From Macrostomum lignano (taxonomy: Eukaryota): a DNA stretch of 64,000 nt. Positions 62,150 to 64,000 of this stretch are shown here, one piece after another. Below the pieces are notes generated by a model, which worked only from the letters and a program-made list of their open reading frames with translations, did not search any database and was not told the origin of the DNA. Each line of letters begins with the position of its first letter. The first letter of the stretch is position 1. The DNA lies in the NCBI GenBank assembly GCA_002269645.1, contig NIVC01000293.1, positions 124,001 through 188,000 of the forward strand, written 5' to 3'. The position numbers were made by a program, and so were the translations under genes.

Positions 62150-64000
62150 GGGGCTTTAGCACCAGGGGCTTTAGCACCAGGGACTTTAGCACCAGGGGCT
62201 TTAGCACCAGGGACTTTAGCACCAGGGGCGCGAGCACCAGGGGCGCCAGCACCAGGGGCGCCAGCACCAGGGGCGCCAGCACCAGGGGCTTTAGCACCAG
62301 GGACTTTAGCACCAGGGACTTTAGCACCAGGGGCTTTAGCACAAGGGGCTTTAGCACCAGGGACTTTAGCACCAGGGGCTTTAGCACCAGGGACTTTAGC
62401 ACCAGGGACTTTAGCACCAGGGGCTTTAGCACCAGGGGCTTCAGCACCAGGGACTTTAGCACCAGGGGCTTTAGCACCAGGGGCTTTAGCACCAGAGACT
62501 TTAGCACCAGGGACTTTAGCACCAGGGACTTTAGCACCAGGGACTTTAGCACCAGGGACTTTAGCACCAGGGGCTTTAGCACCAGGGACTTTAGCACCAG
62601 GGGCTTTAGCACCAGGGGCTTTAGCACCAGGGACTTTAGCACCAGGGACTTTAGCACCAGGGGCTTTAGCACCAGGGACTTTAGCACCAGGGGCTTTAGC
62701 ACCAGGGGCTTTAGCACCAGGGACTTTAGCACCAGGGGCTTTAGCACCAGGGACTTTAGCACCAGGGACTTTAGCACCAGGGGCTTTAGCACCAGGGGCT
62801 TTAGCACCAGGGACTTTAGCACCAGGGGCTTTAGCACCAGGGACTTTAGCACCAGGGACTTTAGCACCAGGGCTTTAGCACCAGGGGCTTTAGCACCAGG
62901 GACTTTAGCACCAGGGACTTTAGCACCAGGGGCTTTAGCACCAGGGACTTTAGCACCAGGGACTTTAGCACCAGGGGCTTTAGCACCAGGGACTTTAGCA
63001 CCAGGGACTTTAGCACCAGGGGCTTTAGCACCAGGGGCTTTAGCACCAGGGACTTTAGCACCAGGGGCTTTAGCACCAGGGACTTTAGCACCAGGGGCTT
63101 TAGCACCAGGGGCTTTAGCACCAGGGGCTTTAGCACCAGGGACTTTAGCACCAGGGACTTTAGCACCAGGGACTTTAGCACCAGGGGCTTTAGCACCAGG
63201 GGCTTTAGCACCAGGGGCTTTAGCACCAGGGACTTTAGCACCAGGGACTTTAGCACCAGGGGCTTTAGCACCAGGGACTTTAGCACCAGGGGCGCGAGCA
63301 CCAGGGGCGCCAGCACCAGGGGCGCCAGCACCAGGGGCGCCAGCACCAGGGGCGCCAGCACCAGGGGCGCCAGCACCAGGGGCGCCAGCACCAGGGGCGC
63401 CAGCACCAGGGGCGCCAGCACCAGGGGCGCCAGCACCAGGGGCGCCAGCACCAGGGGCGCCAGCACCAGGGGCGCCAGCACCAGGGGCGCCAGCACCAGG
63501 GGCGCCAGCACCAGGGGCGCCAGCACCAGGGGCGCCAGCACCAGGGGCGCCAGCACCAGGGGCGCCAGCACCAGGGGCGCCAGCACCAGGGGCGCCAGCA
63601 CCAGGGGCGCCAGCACCAGGGACTTTAGCACCAGGGACTTTAGCACCAGGGGCTTTAGCACCAGGGGCTTCAGCACCAGGGACTTTAGCACCAGGGGCTT
63701 TAGCACCAGGGGCTTTAGCACCAGAGACTTTAGCACCAGGGACTTTAGCACCAGGGACTTTAGCACCAGGGACTTTAGCACCAGGGACTTTAGCACCAGG
63801 GGCTTTAGCACCAGGGACTTTAGCACCAGGGGCTTTAGCACCAGGGGCTTTAGCACCAGGGACTTTAGCACCAGGGACTTTAGCACCAGGGGCTTTAGCA
63901 CCAGGGACTTTAGCACCAGGGGCTTTAGCACCAGGGGCTTTAGCACCAGGGACTTTAGCACCAGGGGCTTTAGCACCAGGGACTTTAGCACCAGGGACTT
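62150..64000. repeat. 15-bp satellite TTAGCACCAGGG(A/G)CT with GCGCCAGC variant blocks; runs off the window end
   Basis: Over 120 units; lies upstream of the 61890 acceptor, so probably intronic. Confidence 0.98.

Noticed and set aside
62103-63991. Long ORFs (LVLKP/LVLKS and LAPGT/PAPGA repeats)
   Set aside because: By-products of a stop-free 15-bp satellite that is open on both strands. They rely on non-ATG starts, a 14-bp unit shifts the frame near 62870, and the array lies upstream of a splice acceptor of the CNBD gene.

Overview
Repeat-rich animal (invertebrate) nuclear DNA with spliceosomal introns. GC-rich Ala/Arg-rich exons and the LINE types recall flatworms such as Macrostomum, but that is an impression only. 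(1) 1-31 kb: a tandem birth-and-death array of at least nine copies of one unnamed single-coding-exon gene family, all on the minus strand. The protein has an N-terminal C-x4-C-x14/15-C-x2-H motif, a coiled coil and a predicted beta-propeller with a variable CxxC loop. Two copies are intact, two nearly intact and five are fragments; they sit in segmental duplications and show localized hypervariability. (2) 32.4-37 kb: a spliced AKAP17A orthologue. (3) 38-59 kb: a LOA/R1-group LINE with RNase H, a second LINE with an uninterrupted ORF2, Gypsy pol remnants and many TIR elements with 8-9 bp TSDs. (4) 59.9-61.9 kb: the last three exons of a cyclic-nucleotide-binding-domain gene whose introns hold 23-bp and 15-bp satellites. 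Also present: a hAT element inserted in the last codons of one family member, two tRNA-derived SINE families, a decayed Crypton-type tyrosine recombinase, and two dispersed ~63-bp 28S rDNA fragments centred on the R2/I-PpoI site. Alignments were done by eye; no database searches were run.
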